Positions 1 to 10,764 of a stretch of 64,000 nucleotides of DNA are shown here, one piece after another. The stretch comes from a virus (lineage: Duplodnaviria > Heunggongvirae > Uroviricota > Caudoviricetes), in the IMG/VR virus record IMGVR_UViG_3300028048_000105; one strand, written 5' to 3'. Under the pieces are notes generated by a model. The model did not search any database. It had not been told where the DNA came from and saw nothing but the letters and a program-made list of their open reading frames with translations. How positions within the stretch are numbered: position 1 is the first letter of the stretch; each line of letters starts with the position of its first letter. The translations under genes and the position numbers were made by a program.

Positions 1-76
1 GATTTTCCGGTATTTTTTAATTTTTCTTATTTCTTTCCGTCGTAAGCATTTCCCTCTGCTTTGCTGCAATAAATTT

Positions 77-718
77 TCAAAGGTTTGCATCCGCTCTCGT
101 TAGCCTGCACCCCACGTTTACCCGGCTTTTCCCCGCCGGGATCACCCTTAAGACGGTTCCTTTCAGCCGGAACAAAGTGGGCTGCGCGGACCATCCGACT
201 TTTGTCTTAAACTGGACCTCAAGATGCATTCCTCTTTCCAGTCCAAAACCTTCATCGCACATCAAGCCTACGCCAGATCTGGAAATATCCCGAATTATGG
301 CATCTTTTGTAGTTCCGTCCATTCCAATGATTGCATCTTCCATTAACGGCAGACGGTATTCCGACCGCCTGTTATACGGTTTGACATTACCTGTACTGAA
401 CGCTATGTAGCAGTTCCCGGAATCCGGAAGGTTGATAATGATAATTTTCACACGATCCCAGATGTATGGACGTCCATCGATCAGCGCGGTCACGGAACAC
501 ACCGCTGTTTTGCTCTCGAAATTAACAACATATTCCTGTTCATAGACGATTGCAATCGGAATGTGTGACAGATTAAACGAACGTGGACACACCTGTTTTA
601 AGTATTCCCTGTCTTTTTCTGTCACTTCCAAGACACTGCTCGCAAAAGACAGGTTCTTTGTGCCATCAGAGGTATCAATCGTTATATCCGTACCTGGTTT
701 TAAACATTCAATTTTCAT
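77..718 (-). CDS. PilZ domain protein (c-di-GMP binding)
   Basis: RxxxR-like 'RRSEYR' and 'DISRSGVGL' (D-x-S-x-x-G) motifs typical of PilZ; 213 aa ORF. Confidence 0.5.
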   Translation of the reverse strand: MKIECLKPGTDITIDTSDGTKNLSFASSVLEVTEKDREYLKQVCPRSFNLSHIPIAIVYEQEYVVNFESKTAVCSVTALIDGRPYIWDRVKIIIINLPDSGNCYIAFSTGNVKPYNRRSEYRLPLMEDAIIGMDGTTKDAIIRDISRSGVGLMCDEGFGLERGMHLEVQFKTKVGWSAQPTLFRLKGTVLRVIPAGKSRVNVGCRLTRADANL

Positions 719-910
719 ACGTTTCCTTTCTTTCTACGGAGAATATCTTAAATTGCCCTCCCCCATATTAATTTGTGTCACTGAAAGTACAACGATGATA
801 ATTCCGCAGATCAGAACAAACCATTCGAGCCCATTTTCTTCCCACGAGTTCCATTTTTCTGATACTTGGCACAGTTTTCTGTCAAGGTAAGGTATTTGTC
901 ATTGTATCTT

Positions 911-1942
911 TTATTTATCTTTTATCATTTTAACTTTATTGACCGCTTCGATTTTCTTGAAAAAGTTATTTGTTGCGACAGCCTCCGACCGGATCCGCGC
1001 TTCAAATTCGTATCTTGACCTTCTGGTAATATCTTCATCGTGATACCCGATATTTACAAAAAACTGGACAACCCTTCCATCAAAGTCGTACCCACATGGG
1101 GAAATGTCCCTTACCGGGCGGCACTGTGTAAATCCATTGTCATTTTTGATCCCTGAAAGGATTAACGGTAACACACCAAGTTTCTGCTCTTCTGCAATCC
1201 GTCTTGGAATCTCCAAAAGCATACTCTCTGTAAGCGAGATTGCGGAATAAGTAGAGTATTTCGGAAAAATAAATTCCTCAATACATTTATCAATTCCGTA
1301 ATTCTGTGATGCCAGTCCTTCAAGAACATCAAATGCCACCATTACTTTAATGTCACCGTTCTTCTCTATAAAATAAATGCAGCCTTTTTCAAACCAAAAT
1401 TGCAGGTTTTCTTTTGCATATTCTGCCCCACAAAATACCCCATGCTTTTTTAAAATTTCCACATAATACTCATACAGCTTATCCAGATCACAGTATTCCG
1501 CACGCTTTGCCGTATACTTTACCTGCACAGGCTTCTTGGAATACATCATGCTCCGGATAGGCACATATGCCGAAACTGTAAAGCTATCCAGTGCAAGGTA
1601 ATTATTCCGTGAAACGAAATTAAAGGATTTCACATAACTTTCATAATATCCTTTCAGCTGCTCCATTGGCTTTTCTTTCAAATATGGAAGATACTCTTCC
1701 GGTTCAAATATCTTGTCGTCTTTCTTTTTGTTACACTCCTTACACAATGGTACAAGATTATAGCTGCGGTTTACCCCTCCTTTTGTCAACGGAATGTAGT
1801 GATCAACCGAAAACTGGTAGCCAATATAAATCGGCTTCCCGCAGTGCGCACATATTCCCCTGCTTTTCTTTAAAACATCTTCTTTTTCCTCATTTGTAAA
1901 ATTTGCTCTTTCTACTATTTTTTCCCTGTTCAAAATTTTCAC
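911..1942 (-). CDS. HNH endonuclease domain protein (N-terminal HNH, C-terminal unknown domain); GTG start
   Basis: CAHCGKP...DHYIPLTKGG...N..PLCKECNKKK HNH motif; module A promoter about 25 nt upstream. Confidence 0.6.
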   Translation of the reverse strand: MKILNREKIVERANFTNEEKEDVLKKSRGICAHCGKPIYIGYQFSVDHYIPLTKGGVNRSYNLVPLCKECNKKKDDKIFEPEEYLPYLKEKPMEQLKGYYESYVKSFNFVSRNNYLALDSFTVSAYVPIRSMMYSKKPVQVKYTAKRAEYCDLDKLYEYYVEILKKHGVFCGAEYAKENLQFWFEKGCIYFIEKNGDIKVMVAFDVLEGLASQNYGIDKCIEEFIFPKYSTYSAISLTESMLLEIPRRIAEEQKLGVLPLILSGIKNDNGFTQCRPVRDISPCGYDFDGRVVQFFVNIGYHDEDITRRSRYEFEARIRSEAVATNNFFKKIEAVNKVKMIKDK

Positions 1943-1965
1943 TTCCCTTCACTTTGTATATTGCG

Positions 1966-1994
1966 CCATTTTGCAAATCGTCAAATAGAATCAG
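1966..1994 (-). promoter_or_regulatory. Module A conserved promoter copy (TTGACG-N18-TATACA on minus strand)
   Basis: ATATTGCGCCAT..AATCGTCAAA repeat; 10 copies in the window, all in the same orientation. Confidence 0.45.
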
Positions 1995-2080
1995 CTATTT
2001 TTAATATTTTTCGCGGAAACTTTTTTTATCTCATATTGAAAATGTGAACTAAAGAAAACGCATCGAAAGGAGAAAAATTT

Positions 2081-2386
2081 ATGGATACAGAAACAAACAA
2101 AAAAATAGAAGAGCTTAAAAAAGCCTTCTATGAAGCATATAATGAGTACCAAAATCTGGAGGAACATCCCGAACTCATACAGGACATCCGGGCACTGTAT
2201 GCATTAAAACGCAAGCTGACGGTATACAGCGTTCTGGCTGACCGCTTTGGACAGGGATTATTTACCATTCGTGTCCAGAATTCAACCTACAAATGTATCA
2301 AGTATTTCCTTGATACCGAAAAAAGCAAGGTAGACTCCTTCAAAACAATGATGGAACTCTTTCTTGAGGAAGAACAGGCGTGCTAA
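2081..2386 (+). CDS. hypothetical small protein (module B upstream)
   Basis: ORF preceded by CATATTGAAAATGTGAAC..ATCGAAAGGAGA module. Confidence 0.5.
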   Translation: MDTETNKKIEELKKAFYEAYNEYQNLEEHPELIQDIRALYALKRKLTVYSVLADRFGQGLFTIRVQNSTYKCIKYFLDTEKSKVDSFKTMMELFLEEEQAC

Positions 2387-2490
2387 CAGCCTGCTCTTTT
2401 TTTTATGCAAATTTCCTCTCTCAAAACAGGAATACATATTAATGATGTAACTGGCATACAAACCCATCAGGACCATCAGGAGGAAGAAAT

Positions 2491-3457
2491 TATGTTTTTT
2501 GGAATTGGAAATAAAAAGAAAAAGCAGGTACAGACCGGCGTGGGAAATCCGCTACCTTTCTCCACGTCTGCCGCACCGGATCGGAAATCAGTAATAAATG
2601 TATCAAACCTGCAGACGAGCATCCAAATTGATGAGACATTATTGGAATCTGCTCTGCAAAAACTTGACAAAATGACAGGGCTTTCATCCATCAAGCAGGA
2701 TGTGCGCAATCTTGTCCAGCTGCAGAAACTTAATATTGAACGGGAAAACCGTGGAATGAAAACAGCACAGATCTCAAACCATCTCATTTTCCTTGGAAAT
2801 CCCGGCACTGGAAAAACAACCGTTGCCCGGATTATTGCTGATATCTACAAAGCCTTAAATGTGGTCGAGCACGGGCAGTTGATCGAGACTGACCGTTCGG
2901 GACTTATCGGGCAGTATCAGGGACAGACTGAGCAGAAAACAAAACAGATCTTAAGTGAAGCTGACGGAGGAATCCTGTTTATTGATGAAGCATATTCCCT
3001 CGCGTCCGGAGAAAATGATTACGGACAGCGGGCAATCGAAATTATCCTGAAAGAGATGGAAGATAACAGGAATAACCTTGTTGTAATTGTGGCCGGATAC
3101 CCAAATGAGATGCAGCGTTTCTTAAACTCCAACCCCGGGCTTTCCTCCCGTTTCGGGAAAACCCTGCAGTTTGAAAATTACTCACCGGATGAAATGTATG
3201 TGATCTCGCAGTCCTACGCCATGGAAAGCGGCTACATTCTCGATAATAGCTGTTTCGATGTCCTTAACAATTATTATGCATCAGAATGTAAGAAGCCGGA
3301 TTTCGCCAACGGAAGACTTGCCAGAAAGACTGTGGAATCCTGCATTAAGGCGCAGGCAGTAAGACTCACCGGAAAAAGTCCCCTAATTGCATTTTCCGAC
3401 AGAGACTTAAACACCATTGAAAAAACTGACTGCCAGAAAGCTATCCAGATGTTGTAA
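2491..3457 (+). CDS. AAA+ ATPase, CbbX/SpoVK-like
   Basis: Walker A GNPGTGKTT, Walker B LFIDEAYSL; AGGAGG RBS before the ATG at 2491 (ORF-track start 2405 is probably too early). Confidence 0.75.
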
Positions 3458-3509
3458 TTTCCAATAGGATTATCACAAAGAAAAAGCTGCGCAAAATCGC
3501 GCAGCTTTC

Positions 3510-5186
3510 TTATTCAGCAGCCTCCACATACTCCGCATTAATCTGCAGGGATGTTTTGCCTTTATACGTATTTGTTGACAGTCTGCCTACAACATTCAGT
3601 TTTTTCGGTTTTCCCATCTCCTTGTACTTTTCAGAAGCATTAAACCACAGAACATCAATTCCCTCACAAAAGAGTTTCAGATGCTGTTTTTCAGAACCCA
3701 TCTCTCGGAATAAATCACCAAATTTGTTTTCCTTGAGTTCCAACCCTTTCAGGCAGACAACCGGTTCTTCGTTTCCAACCCCGTATGGACCATATTTCCG
3801 GACATCTTTGTAAAGCGCATATAAGGTATGCACATTTCCATCAATATCATAAAATACGACGTCATCTCCAGGCTCTTCCACTTTTTCAATCAGATCACAC
3901 ATCATTTGCCGGAGCGTATCGATGTTTTCAATCTGGATGGAAGCTCCGCACGCAGCCGGGTGCCCTCCGTACTGGAAGAACAATCCGCTGCATTTATCCA
4001 TTACGGCTTTCAGGTTACACCAGTCACGGCTGCGCCCGCTACCAACGCAAATACCATTTTCCGGAGCACCAAATACAATGCTTGGAACCTTGTATTTCTC
4101 TGTCAGGTTTCCCGCAATAATTCCGCAGATACCTTTCAGAAAACGGTCATCCTGAAGCACCAGTACAGAATTGTTCATCTGTCCGGTTTCCTCGACCATT
4201 TTCTCTGCCAGTTCCGTCAGTTCCTTGCAATACGTTTTCCGCTCATCATTCATCTGTTTAACGATCTGTGCGGCATTTTTCGCTCCGTCAGATTTCCGTC
4301 CGGTATAAGATAACAATGCGGCAACTTTGCGGCTGCCTTCATCCTCCAGACGTCCAAACGCATTGATAGCCGGTACAAGGGAATATGCAATGTCTTCTAC
4401 AGAAAGTGTATCGCTCAGCTTCATTTCTTCAAGAAGAAGAGCAAGCCCGGTGGAAACACGTTTCTGCTCGATTTGTTCCATTCCTCTTCTTACAAGGAAG
4501 CGGTTTTCAGCCTTCATTGTAACACTGTCACCGACGGTTCCGACTGCAGCAAGTGCAATCATGGAAGACATGATACCGTTTAAATCAGCAGGTCTTCTCT
4601 TCTTTGCGAAAACTTCTCGCATGAAACGGTATGCCAGCCCCGCACCGCAGTAATCCTCAAAATCAGCTTCTGTGATGTGAGGATCAATCATAACATCAGC
4701 TTCTGGAAGGAACTGCTCACCATTTAAGATACGGGCTTCATGGTGGTCAAGAATGATCACTTTCATACCCTTTTCTTTTGCGGTATCAACCGCTTCATTT
4801 GCTGCGATGCCGTTATCTACGGTAATCAGCAGTCCGGACGGATCCATGTTCTCAAGATTTTTTACCTTGATTCCATAGCCGTCTGTAAAACGGCGCGGAA
4901 TAATAATGTGCGGCTTAATCCCGATGGAATTGCACCCGATGGAAATAATACTTCCGGATGTGATTCCATCGCAGTCGTAATCACAGTAAACATAGACTGG
5001 ACTGTCAATCATTGACCAGAAGAGATCAACCGCTTTATCCAGCCCTGCTATGTTTAACACGTTTTTGCACTTTCCGGAAACTTCTCTCTCCAGTTCCTGC
5101 GGGGTAACTCCAAGCCGGGATGCGACCAATTCCATAACGGAATTCGTTTTGCTTCTTTTTACAATCCTTTTCTTTTCTGCACTCAT
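3510..5186 (-). CDS. recJ: RecJ-like ssDNA exonuclease (DHH/DHHA1 phosphoesterase)
   Basis: DHH family motifs VYCDYDCDGITSG and ILDHH; 558 aa. Confidence 0.7.
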   Translation of the reverse strand: MSAEKKRIVKRSKTNSVMELVASRLGVTPQELEREVSGKCKNVLNIAGLDKAVDLFWSMIDSPVYVYCDYDCDGITSGSIISIGCNSIGIKPHIIIPRRFTDGYGIKVKNLENMDPSGLLITVDNGIAANEAVDTAKEKGMKVIILDHHEARILNGEQFLPEADVMIDPHITEADFEDYCGAGLAYRFMREVFAKKRRPADLNGIMSSMIALAAVGTVGDSVTMKAENRFLVRRGMEQIEQKRVSTGLALLLEEMKLSDTLSVEDIAYSLVPAINAFGRLEDEGSRKVAALLSYTGRKSDGAKNAAQIVKQMNDERKTYCKELTELAEKMVEETGQMNNSVLVLQDDRFLKGICGIIAGNLTEKYKVPSIVFGAPENGICVGSGRSRDWCNLKAVMDKCSGLFFQYGGHPAACGASIQIENIDTLRQMMCDLIEKVEEPGDDVVFYDIDGNVHTLYALYKDVRKYGPYGVGNEEPVVCLKGLELKENKFGDLFREMGSEKQHLKLFCEGIDVLWFNASEKYKEMGKPKKLNVVGRLSTNTYKGKTSLQINAEYVEAAE

Positions 5187-5303
5187 TTGCTTCTCCTTTC
5201 AAACTGTAGCAATTTGTTTACACAATCAATATGAAATGAGAAAAGAACCACACAAAAAAAAGAGACGCCACATAAGCGGCATCTCTTTGTAAAATTCAAA
5301 ATA

Positions 5304-6947
5304 TTAAAATTCATCCGACAGATCAAAATCCTCGATATCATCCATAACCGGGCTCTCTTCTATATCCGGCTCTTCTTTTACCGGTCTGTTAATGTCATAG
5401 TCTGGATCATCGTTGAACCGGCTGCCGTAATCACCGTTACCATAGTCGACATCCTGCTCGCGGTCCTCAATCGTAATGTCTGCACGACCCTCATCGACCG
5501 CAGGTACTTCCATTTCATACATCTGTGAAGTAAGGGAAACGGAAGAAAGATCCGTGCGGACTTTATCAACAAATCCCTGCATGTTTGAAGAATCCATCTC
5601 GATATTATTGGTTAATGCCGTCACGGTGTTATCGCTGTCATTCGTGATATTCAAAATTCCAACTTCTTCCATCACACGATAACGCCCGGCTTCAATAATC
5701 CCGGCCATATATGAAGAATTTCCATTGTATTCCATCAACGAATCATTTTCCATGTTTCTGATTTCCATATATGGCTTCCGCTTTGAGTCCGGCTCCATAT
5801 GAAGCTTCAAATCCCCGTTTTCAAAAAGATGTTCCATGTAGTCTTTCTGGATCCCGTTCATCTGCTCAATTATAGATAAAGATACATACGGCTTTGCAAG
5901 TTCTCTTAATGAAAATTCCTGTATTCTTCCTTCTGTCGAAGCGGGACAGACATAGAAATGGAATGTATCCTGCAGCTCTTTGACACATTCCGGATTTGCA
6001 AAATTCAGTTCTTTTTCAATCGCCTGATTCTTATATACGATCGCTCCTCCCGTTCTGAGGACAATATAATTTTCCGGATGTGCGGAGTCATAAATCGTAA
6101 TGCCTTTTACTTTTTCGCCGTCCATGATCCGGCTAATCGGTTCGAACGCTTTCATATTGACAGCCTGAACCTGCTCCATCGCTTTGTAAAGCTTTGTTGT
6201 CTTCTGTAAAGCTACAACCCCGACCGCTTCATTGAAGATTTTTTCTTTTTCCGGAGAACCAATATCTTTTTCTGACACAAGGAAAAGGTTCTTGTTCGGG
6301 TCTTCCCTGATCCGGGAAGCAATTCCTTTTTCAGCGAGAATAAGCTGGACCTGTTGCATCTGTGGATAAGAAAGATTTTCCATCTGACGGACAAAGCTAT
6401 CATTCATGAGATCATTTGCCTTGTCTGCATCCATGAATAAGGACTGGCTTTCAAATTTTGCTGCGATATCCATGATCTGTTCCATGTTGTCGCCGGATAC
6501 CATATAGATCGAAGTGTAATCTTGTGCATGAACCGGCATCATGACGAATGGCATATGACCTGCCGCCATTTCCCTTTCAAAATTGAAGCAGTCCCTGTTG
6601 TCCAACTGTACGAATCCGATCGAGTCACCATATTTCTCAACCCAGTATTTATCGGCTTCTTTAATTGCAAGATCTTCCGCTTCTACAACGGACAACCCTG
6701 TCTCCCTCTGAATCTCATCCTGCTTGTCCTGTTTGAACGTTTCCACATCCATGCTCTGTTTCGCCAGTTTGTCCAGCAGGTCTTTATTTGCCATCTCTGC
6801 TTCCTGCAAAAGCATAGATAACTTCTGCACCATTGTTAAATGTCTTAAAAGTGTATCGACTGATCCTGTAACTGTCCCGACAATCACGCTTGCCATTGGA
6901 TCAAGAGTTTTTATTGTGTTGTTCACCACTTTGTTTGCTTCTTCCAT
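5304..6947 (-). CDS. hypothetical protein with acidic C-terminal tail
   Basis: 547 aa ORF; no motif recognised; D/E-rich C-terminus. Confidence 0.5.
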   Translation of the reverse strand: MEEANKVVNNTIKTLDPMASVIVGTVTGSVDTLLRHLTMVQKLSMLLQEAEMANKDLLDKLAKQSMDVETFKQDKQDEIQRETGLSVVEAEDLAIKEADKYWVEKYGDSIGFVQLDNRDCFNFEREMAAGHMPFVMMPVHAQDYTSIYMVSGDNMEQIMDIAAKFESQSLFMDADKANDLMNDSFVRQMENLSYPQMQQVQLILAEKGIASRIREDPNKNLFLVSEKDIGSPEKEKIFNEAVGVVALQKTTKLYKAMEQVQAVNMKAFEPISRIMDGEKVKGITIYDSAHPENYIVLRTGGAIVYKNQAIEKELNFANPECVKELQDTFHFYVCPASTEGRIQEFSLRELAKPYVSLSIIEQMNGIQKDYMEHLFENGDLKLHMEPDSKRKPYMEIRNMENDSLMEYNGNSSYMAGIIEAGRYRVMEEVGILNITNDSDNTVTALTNNIEMDSSNMQGFVDKVRTDLSSVSLTSQMYEMEVPAVDEGRADITIEDREQDVDYGNGDYGSRFNDDPDYDINRPVKEEPDIEESPVMDDIEDFDLSDEF

Positions 6948-7032
6948 CTGTCATTCCTCCTGTAATTTTCTCCGGATATCCGGATAACAACAATATGTAT
7001 TATTATTTCTTCCGCTTGACCAGTCTGCCACA

Positions 7033-8088
7033 TCAGGATCTGTCAAGATCTTCCGTAAAATCAAGTTCCTCCCGTCCTGTTTCCTCAAGATTACTTAAAA
7101 GTGAATGCAATTCTTCACGTATCGATTCCCCGTTTTTCTGCAACTCAATCCCTTTTTCGATGCATTTCCTTTTGTAGTCACGTTCCTTGATTTCCCGTTT
7201 TAATCTTTCATTCTCCTCCTGCATCTGCTTAAGAATTTTTCTCTGTTCATTTTTCTCTCTATAAGCATCATCTCTCTGCTTCACCAGCTCTTCTGGAATT
7301 TTATTCTTTTCCTCATTTACAACCGATCCATCACCGCCATCCATAAAATCATCTTCCGCGGTCCGTCCGTCATCAAGGATTATATTTTTCATATATTCCT
7401 GTCTCTGGTTTACTTCCTTCGTAAGCTTCTCTGCATACCGGGAATTCTTTTTCAGATGTTCCGTACTCTGCCGCCTTGGGGTTTCCCCTGTGTTAAATCT
7501 TACGTGGTACTTTTCGTTGCACAGCTTTTCAACTGCCTGGTTCATTTTCAGGATATTGGTCAGGGAAGAGAAATCCTTGTTGCTTAATTTTCCATTTACC
7601 TCCGGAACAACCTGAATGTGAATGTGAGGTCTGGATACTTTAATCATTCCGTCTTTCGCATCCGTGTAAGGAGCGATCTCATCAAAGTGGCTTGTTGCGC
7701 TGATGATATTCTCATCCCCGAATTTTTCCCGGCACATATCGTAAAAATCTTGAAACAACTCCTTTGCTTTTTCATTTGTCATTCCAAGCGGTACCGGCAT
7801 TTCCAGACTTGTCATTTCAATCCGGTCATCCCTTTTGTTTGTATTTGTTGTTCTATCCAGTTCCGCAAGACGTTTTTCCCATTTTTCCCTTGATTCCTTC
7901 CATGACATTCCTGTGAAGTTTTGGTTTTGATATGACTTTGACGGATCAATCTCGATATTGCTGTGCTGCTTTGTTGGATCAGCTCGGAACGTCTGATCAC
8001 AATGTTTTAAAAGATTTACTCCGCGGATATGATCTTTTTTGCTGCATTTTGCACTTCCGTGATTGCCGCCCCAGTTAACTGAAGACAT
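7033..8088 (-). CDS. mob: MobV-family relaxase (plasmid recombination/mobilization protein, Mob_Pre)
   Basis: SHFDE...RPHIHIQVVP..NGKLS motif like pMV158 MobM HxDE/HxH; coiled-coil C-terminus. Confidence 0.75.
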   Translation of the reverse strand: MSSVNWGGNHGSAKCSKKDHIRGVNLLKHCDQTFRADPTKQHSNIEIDPSKSYQNQNFTGMSWKESREKWEKRLAELDRTTNTNKRDDRIEMTSLEMPVPLGMTNEKAKELFQDFYDMCREKFGDENIISATSHFDEIAPYTDAKDGMIKVSRPHIHIQVVPEVNGKLSNKDFSSLTNILKMNQAVEKLCNEKYHVRFNTGETPRRQSTEHLKKNSRYAEKLTKEVNQRQEYMKNIILDDGRTAEDDFMDGGDGSVVNEEKNKIPEELVKQRDDAYREKNEQRKILKQMQEENERLKREIKERDYKRKCIEKGIELQKNGESIREELHSLLSNLEETGREELDFTEDLDRS

Positions 8089-8179
8089 ATTTTATTCTCC
8101 CTCCTTACCCCTGCAACCACAATATGAAATAAAAAAAAGTTTGCGACAGGACTTTGGCAAAGTATTAGGTGCTATAGGA

Positions 8180-8800
8180 CTTTGCCCCCAGTACTTTCTT
8201 GCTTTCTCGCCTTCTTGCTTTCCTCCCAATCCTCCACCCACACCTCTCATCTGCCATCTGCTCCACGGAACCCTGTTTCCACATCATCCTTCCTTTCTCA
8301 CATCTCACCCCACATTTATCCCCTCTTTTCTTCCACGAAGTCTTTCTTGCGCTCTTGCGTTTTCACGTTTTTACGTTTTAACACTCTTGCACTCTTGTGT
8401 TCACTCTGCCCGCGCTCCGCCCAGTACTTCCTGCACAATAAGTCCGCGCTAACCTCACACTGCACCACAGTCCACTTACCCGCGCTCAGTTATAAAACCA
8501 CCGTACATAAGTCCGCGCCCACACCACTCCACGCATCAAGAAGTTTATGGAACTATCCTCCACTTTCCCCCCTATATTTCCATCTTTTTCCCCACCTCTA
8601 TACATTTTCACACCGTACAGATAAAGTATTCCCTCCACTTTGGCATATTTCTCGCATTCTTGCATTCTCGCGTTCTGCCTGCAATCCACGCCCTCACACC
8701 TCACATCTGCTACCCACACTACAGGTTCCCTGCCCGCATTTTTTTCTTGCATTCTCGCGTTGTTCCCTTGTGCTGTACTCACGCTCTGTACGCCATGCAT
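8180..8800 (+). repeat. Polypyrimidine (C/T-rich) tract with short TCTTGC / CTTGCATTCTCGCGTT repeats
   Basis: Plus strand is almost purine-free over about 600 bp; repeated CTTGCATTCTCGCGTT at about 8655, 8740, 8960, 9365. Confidence 0.6.
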
Positions 8801-8819
8801 CGCGCTACGGAAACATACC

Positions 8820-10085
8820 ACCTTAGTGATACTATTTTACACATTCCAAGGTGGTTTCCCAGTACCATCCCTGATCTTCCTATGTCCTCCTGTATTTCCG
8901 GTACCAGTAACGGTATCACCTTACGGATACTAAATGATACCACCTTGGTGATACTATTTCTTGCATTCTTGCATTCTTGTGTTCTCGCGCCCCACACGTT
9001 TTGTCCGTACTGTCTTCTTGCACGTCCTTATGAACTTTTACGGTATTCTTTCTTACCTTTCCCTTTTCCTTCCCGCATTCACCCTTCTGCGGCGCCACAC
9101 AAGCACATTTGTACTGTATATGCGCCGCAAAGCATCAGTGTCTGTAGTATCATAAAGCGGTCTGGCCGGCTCTGCCCGGAATAAAAGCACCAGATGACCG
9201 CCGGGATACCCTGCTTCTTCCTTGTCTCTCCCACGTACTCCACACGTTTTCTCTGTCCTCTACCATGTATCATATCAGTAAGGTGATACTTTTGTTTTCT
9301 TTTTACTTCCCATCCCCTCCCCCTTATGTTCAAGGTGTATCCCTGTTTTGTCCTGTTATTCCTGCTTTCTCGCGTTCTTGCGGTAAGATTTGTATCAGTA
9401 AGGTGATACTACATAGTACCAACAAGATGATACAAAATGGATTGCCACGGTCGTTTCTGTATTCAGTACCATAAAGGTGATACTATTTAGTATCAGTAAG
9501 TTGATACTTTTGAACATAAAAAATACTCCCACCATCCCCTGCCTACCGCTTCCTATACTTATTTCACAGGCTTGCGCGGAACCAGGCGCGGAACCAGGGA
9601 GAAAATGGGAAAGAAAAAGAATACCATACGGGTGATACTACTTAGTATCAATAAGGTGATACTGTTTAATATCAGCAAGTTGATACGAAAGTGACAGGAT
9701 CTGTATGTTTTCATTTATTTAGTATCATACGTGTGATACTATATAGTACCAATAAGGTGATACTATCTAATACCACAAAGGTGATACTATTTGGACAGAT
9801 TTGTAAAGGAACAGTAGTATCACCCGGTTTTCTTGTATTTCCTATGCTTCTTCCCCAACCCTTACGGTATTTGCCTAACCCCCTCGAATTCGATGGGTTT
9901 AAAATAGTATCACTGAAAAATAGTATCAGTAGCAATCTGTCTTTATCCGGATATTTCCTTATCGGTATGTGGGAGCTGGTTTACTGAAACTATTTTTGAG
10001 ATGATACTATTTTCTGTTCTTCTAGTGATGCCATTTTTGTTGTTTTTCTTTACTCCGGCCTGCTTTACTGATACTATTTTCCACC
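8820..10085. repeat. Iteron array: about 20 copies of GGTGATACTA(T) in both orientations (candidate replication origin / Rep-binding region)
   Basis: Copies at about 8826, 8946, 9283, 9401, 9425, 9471, 9495, 9641, 9664, 9690, 9738, 9762, 9786, 9820, 9905, 9925, 9997, 10066; many form TAGTATCA..TGATACTA inverted pairs. Confidence 0.6.
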
Positions 10086-10191
10086 GAAAGGCTGCTCTCC
10101 TGCTGTACTCTTCTGGGGCTTTGGAAAGCTGGTATTGGAAAATTCTGCGTTGTTTTCTTAACAGAAGGGTTTTCTGTACGGAAGCTGGTTT

Positions 10192-10221
10192 CTAACTGAT
10201 CTGCACGCGAAGACGCGGCAG
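10192..10221 (+). repeat. IS200/IS605-type subterminal hairpin (LE), CTAACTGATCTGCACGCGAAGACGCGGCAG
   Basis: Imperfect palindrome CTGCACGCG-AAGA-CGCGGCAG; identical copy at 13284-13312 and inverted copy at 12652-12681. Confidence 0.55.
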
Positions 10222-10338
10222 AGGAAAGCGCCACCTACACCTACACTTCTTTTTATATCCATACATTCATTTCTTAAATATTTATAAATTCCCATTTTTA
10301 TAGTTTATAAACAATAGATTCAGTAGTATAATTCTATT

Positions 10339-10761
10339 ATGGAAAATAAAAGAGAAAACAATAAAAGTTATGAATATCATTCATCATCCCATTTAAAATA
10401 TTTATGCCGTTATCATGTGATCTTCTGTCCGAAATACAGAAGAAAGATCTTAGTTAATGGTATTGACGAACGGCTGAAAGAAGTGTTTACAGAAACAGCC
10501 AAAGAACACGACTTCAGCATCATAGAGATGGAAGTCATGCCGGATCATGTACATCTGCTTATTGACTGCAACCCCAGATATGGGATCATGCAGTGTATTA
10601 CAGACCTCAAGTATGGATCTGCACATGTACTCGGGCGGGAATTCCCGTCCATCCGGAAAAAGATCCCTTCCATTTGGACACGCAGCTGTTTTGTAGCAAC
10701 CGTAGGAAGTGTTTCCTTTGATGTTGTAAAACAGTACATAGAATCACAGAAAGGAAAATAA
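10339..10761 (+). CDS. tnpA: IS200/IS605 family transposase TnpA (Y1 HUH)
   Basis: HVHLLIDCNPRYG HuH motif; 140 aa; typical N-terminal YHV..P KYRR. Confidence 0.85.
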   Translation: MENKRENNKSYEYHSSSHLKYLCRYHVIFCPKYRRKILVNGIDERLKEVFTETAKEHDFSIIEMEVMPDHVHLLIDCNPRYGIMQCITDLKYGSAHVLGREFPSIRKKIPSIWTRSCFVATVGSVSFDVVKQYIESQKGK

Positions 10762-10764
10762 ACC

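Noticed and set aside
8063-9184. Several 100-214 aa ORFs (8063..8452, 8182..8826, 8660..9184, etc.) in the region upstream of mob
   Set aside because: They are proline/serine/leucine-rich translations of a polypyrimidine tract and iteron field, with overlapping frames on both strands and no RBS. Treated as non-coding.
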